A stretch of DNA of 32,000 bases from Aliivibrio fischeri ES114 (GCF_000011805.1 NC_006841.2), one strand, 5' to 3'; positions 18,104-27,004 are shown, counted from the first letter of the stretch. Translations and numbers: made by a program. Notes: generated by a model not told the origin, from the letters alone.

Positions 18104-19198
18104 CTATGGATTATCTTTTGCATTTTGAGTTTCTTCAGCTTCGTTCTTAAGCCATACAGTAAACATCTGGTAGGTAAGACTCAACACAACGGCACCAACA
18201 AACAAACCAACAATTCCAGACATTGCCATTCCTCCTAACGCTCCCAGTAGAATCACAATAATAGGAATATGAGAGCCACGGCTTAACAATACCGGCTTTA
18301 AAATTGCGTCACTGCTGCTTACCAATACACACCACACAGCAAACAATACACCGGCTGTCGTTGTATCAACGCTGAATACATAAAAAATGATGGGCAGAAG
18401 AATCAAAATAGGCGGTAACTGAATAATAGCAAAGACAAGAACAAGAAATACCCACAATCCAAGAACTGATGCAGAAATGCCAACCACCGCCATTCCTAAT
18501 CCTGCCATTGTAGCTTGTATTACCGCGACACCAATCACCCCTTGAACGACACTTCTTATAGTGATTTTTGAAAGTTTTATTAACTCTTCACCATGCTTAC
18601 CCGTCAATCGGTTAGTAATTAAAATAAAGGCTCGTTCACATTTAGCCGCATTGGCCATAAACACGCCTGCGATAATTGTAGAGACAATAAATTGAATAAA
18701 TCCACCGCCAAGAGAGCCAACGAGTGACGCGGCTTTTGCAGCCACCACTTTTACTTCTGCGCTGTATTTAAAAAGTAAACTTTCTAGATTCGATGATGCC
18801 AATGACATAAAAGAATAAGCTTCGTGGCCAATAATCGGCCAGTCTTGCATACGCTCTTTTGGTTTAGGTATAGCAATACTGCCATCTTGATAACCTAAAA
18901 ATAACTCAGTTCCACTCGTATAAATGCCTGTAGAAAGCGCTACCAATGGAATCAATAACAGTAACACCCCAATAACCGTTAAAATAATACTCACTTTGCT
19001 TTCACTTAATGCTGTTTTCTTACTAAAGAAAGCAACTATTGGGTATAAAGCGGTTGCAATAATCCCTCCCCATACCATCAATAAAAGAAATGGTTTTAAG
19101 ATAGAAAAACACCATAAAACAAGCACAGAAAGAGCACTAATCTTAATAAATGCGTCGATCGCTTGGTTAGAGAAATTATGATCAAGTTTCATAAACAT
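18104..19198 (-). CDS. AI-2E family transporter (PerM/YdiK-like permease)
   Basis: Polytopic membrane protein with the topology and C-terminal motifs typical of UPF0118/AI-2E (…ILKPVLLSRGSHIPIIVILLGALGGMAMSGIVGLFVGAVVLSL…). Confidence 0.85.
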   Translation of the reverse strand: MFMKLDHNFSNQAIDAFIKISALSVLVLWCFSILKPFLLLMVWGGIIATALYPIVAFFSKKTALSESKVSIILTVIGVLLLLIPLVALSTGIYTSGTELFLGYQDGSIAIPKPKERMQDWPIIGHEAYSFMSLASSNLESLLFKYSAEVKVVAAKAASLVGSLGGGFIQFIVSTIIAGVFMANAAKCERAFILITNRLTGKHGEELIKLSKITIRSVVQGVIGVAVIQATMAGLGMAVVGISASVLGLWVFLVLVFAIIQLPPILILLPIIFYVFSVDTTTAGVLFAVWCVLVSSSDAILKPVLLSRGSHIPIIVILLGALGGMAMSGIVGLFVGAVVLSLTYQMFTVWLKNEAEETQNAKDNP

Positions 19199-19278
19199 TC
19201 CTTGTTACTTAAAAGGGGTAACCCAAATTAAACTCGGGTCTGTATTACTTATATGTATAGTGTATTACTCAGCTAAAG

Positions 19279-20166
19279 TTAGCTTTTTTCTCTCGTAAAC
19301 CACCAACATATTAAAGATGCAGTTGTCACCATTATAACCCCTTGCCAAAATTGAATTGTTAACTCAATGTCTAAAATCCAAGCAGAAAAGAAAGTTGAAA
19401 ATATAGGAGTAAAATATGAGAAAGTCGCAAGTAACACCATGTTGCCACCAATAATGCCTATATTCCATAAAGCGTAACCACTTCCCATTACAACACCAGC
19501 AAGCAGCAGATCGATTGCAGCTTCACTGGTCATTACAATTGATGCTTCATCACTGACTGCGTATTTGCACCATAAAGAAAGTGCCGTTGCAATAAAGAAC
19601 CAAGTGATCGCATTCTTACCATTTGCTAATTTCTTCGTAATATTGCAATAAATTGCCCAAAGAAACGCGCCAGTAAACGCCAAAGAATAGCTAACCGGAT
19701 TACTTGCTGCATTATCCATTAATTGTGTAATAGATAACCCTTGATCACCACTTAATGTCCAAGCAACACCAAAAAAAGACAGCAAAATAGCAGGATAAAT
19801 GACTTTGCTTACTGGTTTTTTACTTGCAAGAACGGCAAACAATACAGTCAATGATGGCCATAAATAATTGATAATGCTCATTTCAACCGCTTGGTTACGG
19901 CTATTTGCCATACCTAAAGCTAAAGATAAGCACATTTCATAGCAAACAAATAAGCCACCACCAATGAGCAAATAACGAGGTGAAAACAATTTTAATTTAG
20001 GCAAACCTACAGTAAAAATTAAAAACAACGAACCCACGCTATAAATCATTGCGGCCCCACCGATCGGGCCAAGCTGCTCAGTTACATTACGAATAAGCCC
20101 AACAATTAAGCTCCACAGCAAAATGGCAGAACAACCCGCGACAGTATATTTATATGATGAATTCAC
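19279..20166 (-). CDS. yddG: DMT-superfamily aromatic amino acid exporter YddG
   Basis: Collinear by eye with E. coli YddG as I recall it: ILLWSLIVGLIRNVTEQLGPIGGAAMIYSVGSLFLIFTVG, NYLWPSLTVLFA, AFTGAFLWAIYCNITKK, FWQGVIMVTTASLICW. Confidence 0.85.
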   Translation of the reverse strand: MNSSYKYTVAGCSAILLWSLIVGLIRNVTEQLGPIGGAAMIYSVGSLFLIFTVGLPKLKLFSPRYLLIGGGLFVCYEMCLSLALGMANSRNQAVEMSIINYLWPSLTVLFAVLASKKPVSKVIYPAILLSFFGVAWTLSGDQGLSITQLMDNAASNPVSYSLAFTGAFLWAIYCNITKKLANGKNAITWFFIATALSLWCKYAVSDEASIVMTSEAAIDLLLAGVVMGSGYALWNIGIIGGNMVLLATFSYFTPIFSTFFSAWILDIELTIQFWQGVIMVTTASLICWWFTREKS

Positions 20167-20234
20167 TTTTTATTAGTCTAACTTTGTTTATAATGTATAA
20201 TTTATTATAACTTTTAAATAATTAAAATAAAGTT

Positions 20235-20354
20235 TTACTTATCACGATTATTCTTTTTGGGCTGTTGAGTAAAAGAATATTTTAATTTCTCTCTTAATTG
20301 TATTTTTTTCTCTATATTTTTATTAACACTTAAAAACCTAATAAATCTAAACAT
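20235..20354 (-). CDS. Possible 39-aa highly basic micro-protein (not in the ORF track)
   Basis: Hand translation gives MFRFIRFLSVNKNIEKKIQLREKLKYSFTQQPKKNNRDK*. The ATG at 20354 is preceded by aaggtgaa and lies 13 nt after the stop of the 20368-20589 ORF on the same strand. In DNA this AT-rich, a chance ORF is quite possible. Confidence 0.2.
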   Translation of the reverse strand: MFRFIRFLSVNKNIEKKIQLREKLKYSFTQQPKKNNRDK

Positions 20355-20367
20355 TTCACCTTATCTC

Positions 20368-20589
20368 TTAATAAAACCTACGAATATTAAACTGTTGATT
20401 TAAAAAAACATGAAAATCATAATGAGTTACATATTCACTTTTCATTAAAATTTCAAACTCATGTAAAATACATTTTAAAATATTAAAATTCAGTTCGTCA
20501 CATGTAATATTTAATACTCGAAGATGTTTAAATAATTTAATTCGGTTCTTATTATCAACATATGACCAGTCATGCACAAAAGACTCCAT
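20368..20589 (-). CDS. Hypothetical 73-aa protein
   Basis: The listed ORF starts with TTG at 20601. I prefer the ATG at 20589 (MESFVHDW...), which is preceded by gaggtgtttt (SD). It follows the 20604 ORF stop by 14 nt. No family recognised. Confidence 0.4.
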   Translation of the reverse strand: MESFVHDWSYVDNKNRIKLFKHLRVLNITCDELNFNILKCILHEFEILMKSEYVTHYDFHVFLNQQFNIRRFY

Positions 20590-20603
20590 AAAACACCTCA
20601 AAC

Positions 20604-21257
20604 TTAGACTCTATTTAGTTCTATTTCATTATTAATTTTTTCTAAAAAAAACACTATTTTTTCAAAATCAACTTTAGAAGTATCAAACTCATCCATAGAA
20701 AAAAAACCCTCAATAATAAAATTCAATTCAAAAATAAAAGATAAAATAACTTTATTATTAAAGTCATCATCAACATGAATTGACTTAGTCTTCATTAATA
20801 GGCAAATAGTTTCATAATTTTCATTAAGGAATTCATTTAAATAATTACTACTATCAACAACTCTAGATGAAAAAACATCTATTGTAGAAATTAAACTATC
20901 AATAATTTCATAATCAATTTCTTGCTCTATTAAATTAACTATTAACTTATCAATACTTTCATTAATTAAATATATATTTTCAATGAAATAAAAATTATCT
21001 TCTTTCACAATTAATTCCATTTCACTAAAAACAATTTTATTTATTTTTTTACAATCTAGTAAATAAATAATTAGCATATTAACATTGATAATTAAGAATA
21101 AAACTACAGTATTAAAACAGACCTTATCACCTATTTTATTTGTGTATTTTATCAACTTGAAAATTTTAAATATCATTTCTTGTGACATATTTAACAATAC
21201 AAATTCTTTCATAAAACCAACATATTTTATTATATAAAGATTAAAACTAGATAACAC
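20604..21257 (-). CDS. Hypothetical single-pass membrane protein with an acidic helical C-terminal domain
   Basis: The longest ORF starts with GTG at 21257, and in-frame ATGs occur at 21212 and 21188. There is one hydrophobic segment (FNTVVLFLIINVNMLIIYLL), then ~150 aa rich in D/E/N/I. No family recognised. Confidence 0.45.
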   Translation of the reverse strand: MLSSFNLYIIKYVGFMKEFVLLNMSQEMIFKIFKLIKYTNKIGDKVCFNTVVLFLIINVNMLIIYLLDCKKINKIVFSEMELIVKEDNFYFIENIYLINESIDKLIVNLIEQEIDYEIIDSLISTIDVFSSRVVDSSNYLNEFLNENYETICLLMKTKSIHVDDDFNNKVILSFIFELNFIIEGFFSMDEFDTSKVDFEKIVFFLEKINNEIELNRV

Positions 21258-21420
21258 ATTGAACTTTTATCATAAAGTTATAGTTAGATTAGAGTAATAC
21301 AAAATCAAATAAAATAATTTAGATATACGCTCAAAATACATAAAAAAAGGCTCATTAGTGATAAATAGGTGTTTTTTAATCATTTTTACTTTACCATAGG
21401 GAAAGATATGGAGGTATTAT

Positions 21421-22230
21421 ATGAAATACATACAATTCAAAAACAAAGAAAATATTAATTTAAAAAGTTTTTATACTAACAATTATGTTTTTGCTTACAT
21501 AACTGGATATAAAGGTCATATATTAATAAATCAATTGCCCTCAAATATATCAAATAATCAACTTATCATAATACCAATACACAGCGAATTTTCATGCCAT
21601 ATAAAAAAAATTAATAGTACATCTACGATTGATGTAATCATTATTAACAAGGATGATATTAATAAAATTATTAAAGATTTAAATATTGATAATTATAAGA
21701 AATACAATAAAAAAGGGGATATATTAAAAATAGAAAATAATAATATCATAAGAACAAACTATTCAATGATAAATATTTTATCTAAAACAGAAATAGATAA
21801 GTCTATAATATTAAATCAATCAATTTCATTTATATTAAAAGAAATATTAAAAGATGGATGGAATATAAATAATACTTTTAGCATAAACACAAAAAGATCT
21901 GTTAAAAGCTTAATATCAGAACTTGTTAAGAAATCACCAGAACATAGCTGGACTCTTATAACCGTTTCAAAAGAATTAAATACAACACCATCAACATTAA
22001 GAAGACATTTAAAAAAAGAAAATATTTCCTTTTCCAAACTATTACTAAAAATAAGGCTTGGGCTCGGACTAAATTATTTAACATTTTCTAATCACTCAAT
22101 TTTAAAAGTAAGCTATTTATCAGGATTTAATAGCTCAGCATATTTTTGTGATGTATTTAAAAAAGAATATCATATGACGCCATCAGAATTTAGAATAAAT
22201 TCTAGAAATAATAACAACTTAAAAATATGA
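21421..22230 (+). CDS. AraC/XylS-family transcriptional regulator (ToxT/Rns size class)
   Basis: SD ggaggtattat before the ATG. The C-terminal double HTH is WTLITVSKELNTTPSTLRRHLKKENISFSKLLLKIRLGLGLNYLTFSNHSILKVSYLSGFNSSAYFCDVFKKEYHMTPSEFR. The ~160-aa N-terminal domain belongs to no family I recognise. Confidence 0.85.
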   Translation: MKYIQFKNKENINLKSFYTNNYVFAYITGYKGHILINQLPSNISNNQLIIIPIHSEFSCHIKKINSTSTIDVIIINKDDINKIIKDLNIDNYKKYNKKGDILKIENNNIIRTNYSMINILSKTEIDKSIILNQSISFILKEILKDGWNINNTFSINTKRSVKSLISELVKKSPEHSWTLITVSKELNTTPSTLRRHLKKENISFSKLLLKIRLGLGLNYLTFSNHSILKVSYLSGFNSSAYFCDVFKKEYHMTPSEFRINSRNNNNLKI

Positions 22231-22234
22231 AATG

Positions 22235-22258
22235 GCAGGGTATAATTATATACCCTGC
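22235..22258. terminator. Hairpin between the convergent AraC gene and a small minus-strand gene
   Basis: 10-bp stem gcagggtata (22235-22244) / tataccctgc (22249-22258) with a 4-nt loop atta, starting 5 nt after the AraC stop. T-runs are weak on both sides. Confidence 0.5.
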
Positions 22259-22268
22259 TAATAATCAC

Positions 22269-22448
22269 TTACCACTTTGTAACAGTCAATTTTCCTCCAC
22301 CTTTCTTATCAAATTCATCTTCCATCCATTCTATTTCACCCGGCATTAATTCAAAAGTGCAATGCATATTATATCCATTAACTAATTCATTTGTACACAT
22401 ATCAATAAAAGATTGTAATGAGCGACAAATTATTGTTTTATTACTCAT
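22269..22448 (-). CDS. Hypothetical 59-aa protein (downstream member of an overlapping pair)
   Basis: The in-frame ATG at 22448 (MSNKTIICRSLQSFIDMC...GGGKLTVTKW) overlaps the upstream gene's stop in the sequence ATGAGTAA. The longest ORF reaches 22496. No family recognised. Confidence 0.35.
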   Translation of the reverse strand: MSNKTIICRSLQSFIDMCTNELVNGYNMHCTFELMPGEIEWMEDEFDKKGGGKLTVTKW

Positions 22449-22629
22449 AACAAAAAATACATTCCTTATTCTTTTTATTATTACTCCAGAAATCATTTTC
22501 TTTAGATATAAGATAAAACAATTTGCTTAGATACTCATCTTTTTCAATAACTTCTGATCTTTCACCTTCATACATTTTTAAAGCTAGCTTAAGACCTTCT
22601 TCTGGATTATTAACAATCAAATCTTTCAT
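22441..22629 (-). CDS. Hypothetical 62-aa protein (upstream member of an overlapping pair)
   Basis: The listed ORF starts with TTG at 22656. I prefer the ATG at 22629 (MKDLIVNNPEEGLKLALKMYEGERSEV...), which is preceded by ggagtttt. No family recognised. Confidence 0.35.
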   Translation of the reverse strand: MKDLIVNNPEEGLKLALKMYEGERSEVIEKDEYLSKLFYLISKENDFWSNNKKNKECIFCYE

Positions 22630-22826
22630 AAAACTCCATATAATAATATCTTGCAATCATTATGACACAAGGTCATTACGTGCAATTACAAAAAATGCTC
22701 ACATTGTTTATAATCAACCAAAATAAACATTTTTTAGAATAAAATGAACAAACATCTTAATGATAAAATTAATAATTAAATTACTATTATCAAAGTAATA
22801 AATAAAATTATCATTAAGGAGAGCAA

Positions 22827-23417
22827 GTGACTACTTTTAATTTAGAAAGTTATATAAAAAGAAGCATGCGATTTAATAAAAACTATTGCAATTATATCTC
22901 AAAAAAAACAAATAACTTCTTAGATTTAAGAATCACCAAAAACCATATATCAATAAAAAATACCCCTAAGCAACATAGAGGAAAAATTAAATTCACAGAT
23001 CTTTACGACGCTATTTCATATAGGAACTCACTTTACAAAAATAATTGTAACATACCAAATTTATTAATTAAAAAATTACCATTAACAAGAGATTTTCATA
23101 TTATAACTTCAAAAAACACAGAATGTGAATATATTCAAATAAATTTAAGAAATTTAGAAACGTATTTGATAGAACCTAAAATAATTAAAATTGACAATTC
23201 ATGTAAAGGTGAATCAATATCTTTAGCAAAAGCAATATATGAATCACATGCTATAAAAATAAATAAAATAATACACCTTTATAATAAAAACAGATTAGAA
23301 TTAATCAATAATGTAGCAAAAAAGGAACTTGAAACTTTAACACCTTACCTCCCCAAAAAATTCAAATTTGACTATAACTTATGGGAAGTTTGCTATAAAA
23401 ACTCTGACATTAATTAA
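22827..23417 (+). CDS. Hypothetical 196-aa basic protein
   Basis: The GTG start is preceded by a canonical aaggag with a 5-nt spacer (22816-22821). The protein is K/N/I-rich. No family recognised. Confidence 0.5.
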   Translation: MTTFNLESYIKRSMRFNKNYCNYISKKTNNFLDLRITKNHISIKNTPKQHRGKIKFTDLYDAISYRNSLYKNNCNIPNLLIKKLPLTRDFHIITSKNTECEYIQINLRNLETYLIEPKIIKIDNSCKGESISLAKAIYESHAIKINKIIHLYNKNRLELINNVAKKELETLTPYLPKKFKFDYNLWEVCYKNSDIN

Positions 23418-23441
23418 AAGCAAACTATGACAAATAGATAC

Positions 23442-23705
23442 TTAACGAAAAACCAAATTAATTAAATCTAAGTTTTGCTGGTGAATTTTTTTATTAATTT
23501 CTCTACATTTGTAGATTAATTGATTAGATTCGTTATGTGTCGTAATAATCCTATATTTTGGATTAGTTCTATTTCTTAAATTAGCAATATCTGCTTGTAG
23601 TCTTTTTTTACTTTTCCCTGTCATTTCCATCAAATCATCTATAGGAACATTTTCTTTTTTTATTAAATACTTTAATAAATGATCATTTTTATTTTTTTTA
23701 TTCAT
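23442..23705 (-). CDS. Hypothetical 87-aa protein, possible winged-helix/HTH DNA-binding protein
   Basis: HLLKYLIKKENVPIDDLMEMTGKSKKRLQADIANLR resembles DeoR/HTH_11-type N-terminal HTH patterns (name-helix, then xxSxxTxxRDIxxL). This is a weak judgement made by eye. Confidence 0.4.
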   Translation of the reverse strand: MNKKNKNDHLLKYLIKKENVPIDDLMEMTGKSKKRLQADIANLRNRTNPKYRIITTHNESNQLIYKCREINKKIHQQNLDLINLVFR

Positions 23706-23892
23706 TCTAAAATAACCTTAATTTAAACACCTCAATTCACACTAATAAACCACATAAATAACAATGATAAAAGATACAAAGTATAACAAAGGTTTAAATG
23801 AACTGTTATTTAAATCAATTGACTATATTTTTGAACGGAAAAATATAATTTTAAATTAAAATTTAAAAAACAATCACATTGAGAATAATAGT

Positions 23893-25767
23893 ATGCAGCT
23901 GAAGAACAAAATAATTTTTTCATTTACATTATTGATATTTATCATAATGTCTTTAACCTCTTTATATAGTTGGATTAACTTTAAAAAATATAGTGAAGAC
24001 CAATTTTTAAATAAAACAAAAATAGAATCAAATCTTCTAGTAACAATACTTGATGAAGAAATAAATGGTTTTTTAAATTTACTAAGAACATATAATATTG
24101 ATTTATCTAAATCAATACCAATACAATCTATTTCGTCTCAAATAAAAATAAGGAAATCAAATAAAAATATACAAGATTCATATATTGCCCTATCTGATGG
24201 TACGGTTTATAGAGAAAGTGGAGAGTTTTTAAATTTTAATGCATCAAATAGAGAATGGTTTAAGTCAATAATTATAGATGAAAATAAAACTGCTATTAGT
24301 AACGTCTATATAGATGAAGTTACTAAAGAACCAGTAATAACATTAAGTATTCCTATTAAAACTTCAGAAAAAATAGAAGCAGTGGCTGCTATAGATGTAA
24401 AAGTTAATACTATAAATAACATTTTAAATTTACATACTGATAAAAGAAATCAATATTATTTAATATCAAACTCTACAGGGAATATTATTGCTAGTGGACA
24501 TAAAAATGATATTGGAAAAGATGCTAACAAATTAATACCGGAATTACTACCAAAGGGAAACCTAACAACATCTACAATTGAAGTAGTGAAAGACAATAAA
24601 AAAATCACTGCTACATATAACAAGTTAAATAATGCAGACTGGACATTAATACTATATGAATATAATGAACAAATAAGTGAAAACAGTACGAGCAATCTTT
24701 TGAAAACAACCATAATGTTTTTAACGTTATTAACGATTTCAGTAATTGCTATATATTACTTTGTCATAAAAAACATATACTTACCAATCGGAGGAGACCC
24801 TAGTGAAATATCAAAAATAATGAAGAGTATGAGTAATGGAAACTTAAATATAAAAATAGAAAATGAAAATAATAGTGGTATTTTCTTATCAATGCTAAAT
24901 CTATCAGAAGAATTAAAAAAAATCACAAACGCCACCAATAACATTACTAAAAAAGTATCATCCTCATCAACAGAACTATCAAGTGTAATGTCTATTGCTG
25001 CAAGTAATGCGCAAATAGAATTAGAACAAATCGAACAAATCACAACCGCTATAAGTGAATTATCAAGTACTGCATCTGAAGTAAACAATAATGCTGTAAG
25101 CACTGATAACGTAATATCAGAAACAATTGATCGTATTGAGCAAGGGAACTTATCTTTAGAAAAATCGAATAATATTTCTAATGAGATCAACCATTCAATT
25201 TTAAATACTGGAAAAATAATTTCAGAACTAAGAGAGTTTTCAACAGAAATTGGTAGCATAATTGATGTTATAAAAATAATATCAGAGCAAATAAATTTAC
25301 TTGCTTTAAATGCTGCAATTGAAGCGGCAAGAGCTGGCGAACAAGGTCGAGGTTTTGCAGTTGTTGCTGACGAAGTTCGAAATCTAGCTGGTAAGACACA
25401 AAAATCAACTGAGAATATTCAAGAAATAATTACAAAATTACAAACTCATACTGAAAAAGCCGATATTTCGATGCGTCATAATGTTGAATTGATTGAAGAT
25501 TCTTCAAATATATCTCTTGAAATGAGAAATTGTTTTCAAGAAATAACACTACTGGTGAATCAAATATCGGATATGAATAGCCTTGTATCAACTGCTTCTC
25601 AAGAACAATCTAATGTAACCGAAGAAGTTGCAAAAAGTGTAATTCACACTTTTGATCTTGTTAATCAAAATGTTACAGGTATAAACCAAAGCAATAGCGC
25701 TAGCGAAGAGTTAGCTAAATTATCCGAAGAACAAAAAAATATCTTAAGTTTTTTTAAACTTAAATAA
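23893..25767 (+). CDS. Methyl-accepting chemotaxis protein with a double-Cache (dCache_1-like) periplasmic sensor
   Basis: TM1 [19 protein letters not shown], then a ~250-aa periplasmic region with Cache landmarks ([11 protein letters not shown]...NREWFKS...[18 protein letters not shown]...AVAAIDV). TM2 is [20 protein letters not shown], followed by [21 protein letters not shown] and the tip [37 protein letters not shown]. Confidence 0.9.
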   Translation: MQLKNKIIFSFTLLIFIIMSLTSLYSWINFKKYSEDQFLNKTKIESNLLVTILDEEINGFLNLLRTYNIDLSKSIPIQSISSQIKIRKSNKNIQDSYIALSDGTVYRESGEFLNFNASNREWFKSIIIDENKTAISNVYIDEVTKEPVITLSIPIKTSEKIEAVAAIDVKVNTINNILNLHTDKRNQYYLISNSTGNIIASGHKNDIGKDANKLIPELLPKGNLTTSTIEVVKDNKKITATYNKLNNADWTLILYEYNEQISENSTSNLLKTTIMFLTLLTISVIAIYYFVIKNIYLPIGGDPSEISKIMKSMSNGNLNIKIENENNSGIFLSMLNLSEELKKITNATNNITKKVSSSSTELSSVMSIAASNAQIELEQIEQITTAISELSSTASEVNNNAVSTDNVISETIDRIEQGNLSLEKSNNISNEINHSILNTGKIISELREFSTEIGSIIDVIKIISEQINLLALNAAIEAARAGEQGRGFAVVADEVRNLAGKTQKSTENIQEIITKLQTHTEKADISMRHNVELIEDSSNISLEMRNCFQEITLLVNQISDMNSLVSTASQEQSNVTEEVAKSVIHTFDLVNQNVTGINQSNSASEELAKLSEEQKNILSFFKLK

Positions 25768-25787
25768 TATTCGTAAATTATAATAAA

Positions 25788-25809
25788 AGTGGTGAGTTAG
25801 CTCACCACT
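25788..25809. terminator. Bidirectional hairpin shared by the MCP gene (+) and the zinc-ribbon gene (-)
   Basis: 9-bp stem agtggtgag (25788-25796) / ctcaccact (25801-25809) with loop ttag, starting 21 nt after the MCP stop and followed by tcaactgtttt. The minus-strand gene's stop codon (25797-25799) lies in the loop. Confidence 0.6.
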
Positions 25810-25967
25810 TCAACTGTTTTATGCTGAGGGCCTAAATAAGTGCCTTCATCAATAAAATAACGCAGTGACTCTTCACACTCAGGGCATTCAAACACTTCAT
25901 TCGGTTCAATTTCTTCATCTTCAACCCAATCCCAACCAATATGCTCTTCACAACTAGGACAATCCAC
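25797..25967 (-). CDS. 56-aa double-CxxC zinc-ribbon mini-protein (not in the ORF track)
   Basis: Hand translation gives (GTG)MDCPSCEEHIGWDWVEDEEIEPNEVFECPECEESLRYFIDEGTYLGPQHKTVEVVS*. The SD gaggaag lies 5-6 nt upstream of the GTG at 25967. There are two CPxC knuckles 24 residues apart. The gene has ordinary (not AT-rich) composition and is divergent from the LysR gene at 26101. Confidence 0.55.
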   Translation of the reverse strand: MDCPSCEEHIGWDWVEDEEIEPNEVFECPECEESLRYFIDEGTYLGPQHKTVEVVS

Positions 25968-26100
25968 TTTGCTTCCTCATTAACATTTTTTGAAAATCAT
26001 ATTTATCTAGCTCGATAAAACATAAATTTATCAGTTATGTTTATCATCATAATATTTTGTTATATTGATGATCAACAATACGGTAATGACATGGTGATTT

Positions 26101-26991
26101 ATGCTTAACCCTTTATGGCTCAATACCTTTTGCACTTTGGTTAATGTCGGGCATTTTACTCAAACTGCAGAAAAGCTTTTTATGACACAACCTGGCGTCA
26201 GTCAACACATAAAAAAATTAGAACAAGCTTGTGGTTATGACTTATTAAAGCGTGAAGGGAAAAGTGTCGAGCTTACTGAACAAGGCCGTCTCGTTTATGA
26301 ATATGCGAATAAACAAAAGCAAAATGAAGCTCAACTCATTGAAGCATTAAGTTTTGATGACCCACACAAAGGACTATGTAAATTATCTTGCTCTGGTGCG
26401 TTAGCGCTATCTCTTTACCCTGAATGCATCAACTTACAAAAAGCATATCCAAGCCTGACAACCTCTCTAGAGGCTGCACCAAACCATAAAATTTTAGACG
26501 ATATTCAACGTGGGTCCATTGATATTGGTATTGTTACTCATAACCCAACACCAAGTTTATTTAGTAGTGAAAAACTAACTGAAGAGCCTCTTTGCCTAGT
26601 ATTACCAAAACATTATCAAAATACAGACATCACTATTGAAACCTTAATGCAATGTGGGTTAATCAAACACCCGGATGCAGAGCACTATTTATCACTGTAT
26701 TTTGATAATTGTAAGGATCACGAATTAGAAAGTGGTAATGTAAATGAGTTTCCTGTGGCCAGTTACATCAATCAATTGAGTCAAATTTTATTACCTGTTG
26801 CTCAAGGTATTGGCTTTACTGTATTGCCACAAAGCGCCATCGATGCCTTTCCCGATAAACAAGAGCTGTATATTCACGAGCCAACTCAATTAGTTATGGA
26901 ACGTCTGTTTTTAGTTCACAAACGAAACAGAGACTTACCAAAACGATATCAAACGTTAATAGAGAGAATCAAACAAGTATTACTTTCTTAA
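26101..26991 (+). CDS. LysR-family transcriptional regulator
   Basis: N-terminal wHTH LWLNTFCTLVNVGHFTQTAEKLFMTQPGVSQHIKKLEQACGYDLLKREGK plus a LysR substrate-binding domain. Confidence 0.9.
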   Translation: MLNPLWLNTFCTLVNVGHFTQTAEKLFMTQPGVSQHIKKLEQACGYDLLKREGKSVELTEQGRLVYEYANKQKQNEAQLIEALSFDDPHKGLCKLSCSGALALSLYPECINLQKAYPSLTTSLEAAPNHKILDDIQRGSIDIGIVTHNPTPSLFSSEKLTEEPLCLVLPKHYQNTDITIETLMQCGLIKHPDAEHYLSLYFDNCKDHELESGNVNEFPVASYINQLSQILLPVAQGIGFTVLPQSAIDAFPDKQELYIHEPTQLVMERLFLVHKRNRDLPKRYQTLIERIKQVLLS

Positions 26992-27004
26992 AGTCCTAAA
27001 ACCA

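Noticed and set aside
18924-19181. 85-aa plus-strand ORF
   Set aside because: It is antisense inside the AI-2E transporter gene.
21816-22037. 73-aa minus-strand ORF
   Set aside because: It is antisense inside the AraC gene, across its HTH-coding part.
22523-22726. 67-aa plus-strand ORF
   Set aside because: It is antisense to the small minus-strand ORF 22441-22629, which has an SD. Neither is strongly supported, but the plus-strand ORF has no SD and runs into the intergenic region.
24456-25259. Minus-strand ORFs 24456-24713 and 24756-25259 (85 and 167 aa)
   Set aside because: Both are antisense inside the dCache MCP gene. The 167-aa length is an artefact of stop-poor antisense frames in AT-rich coding DNA.
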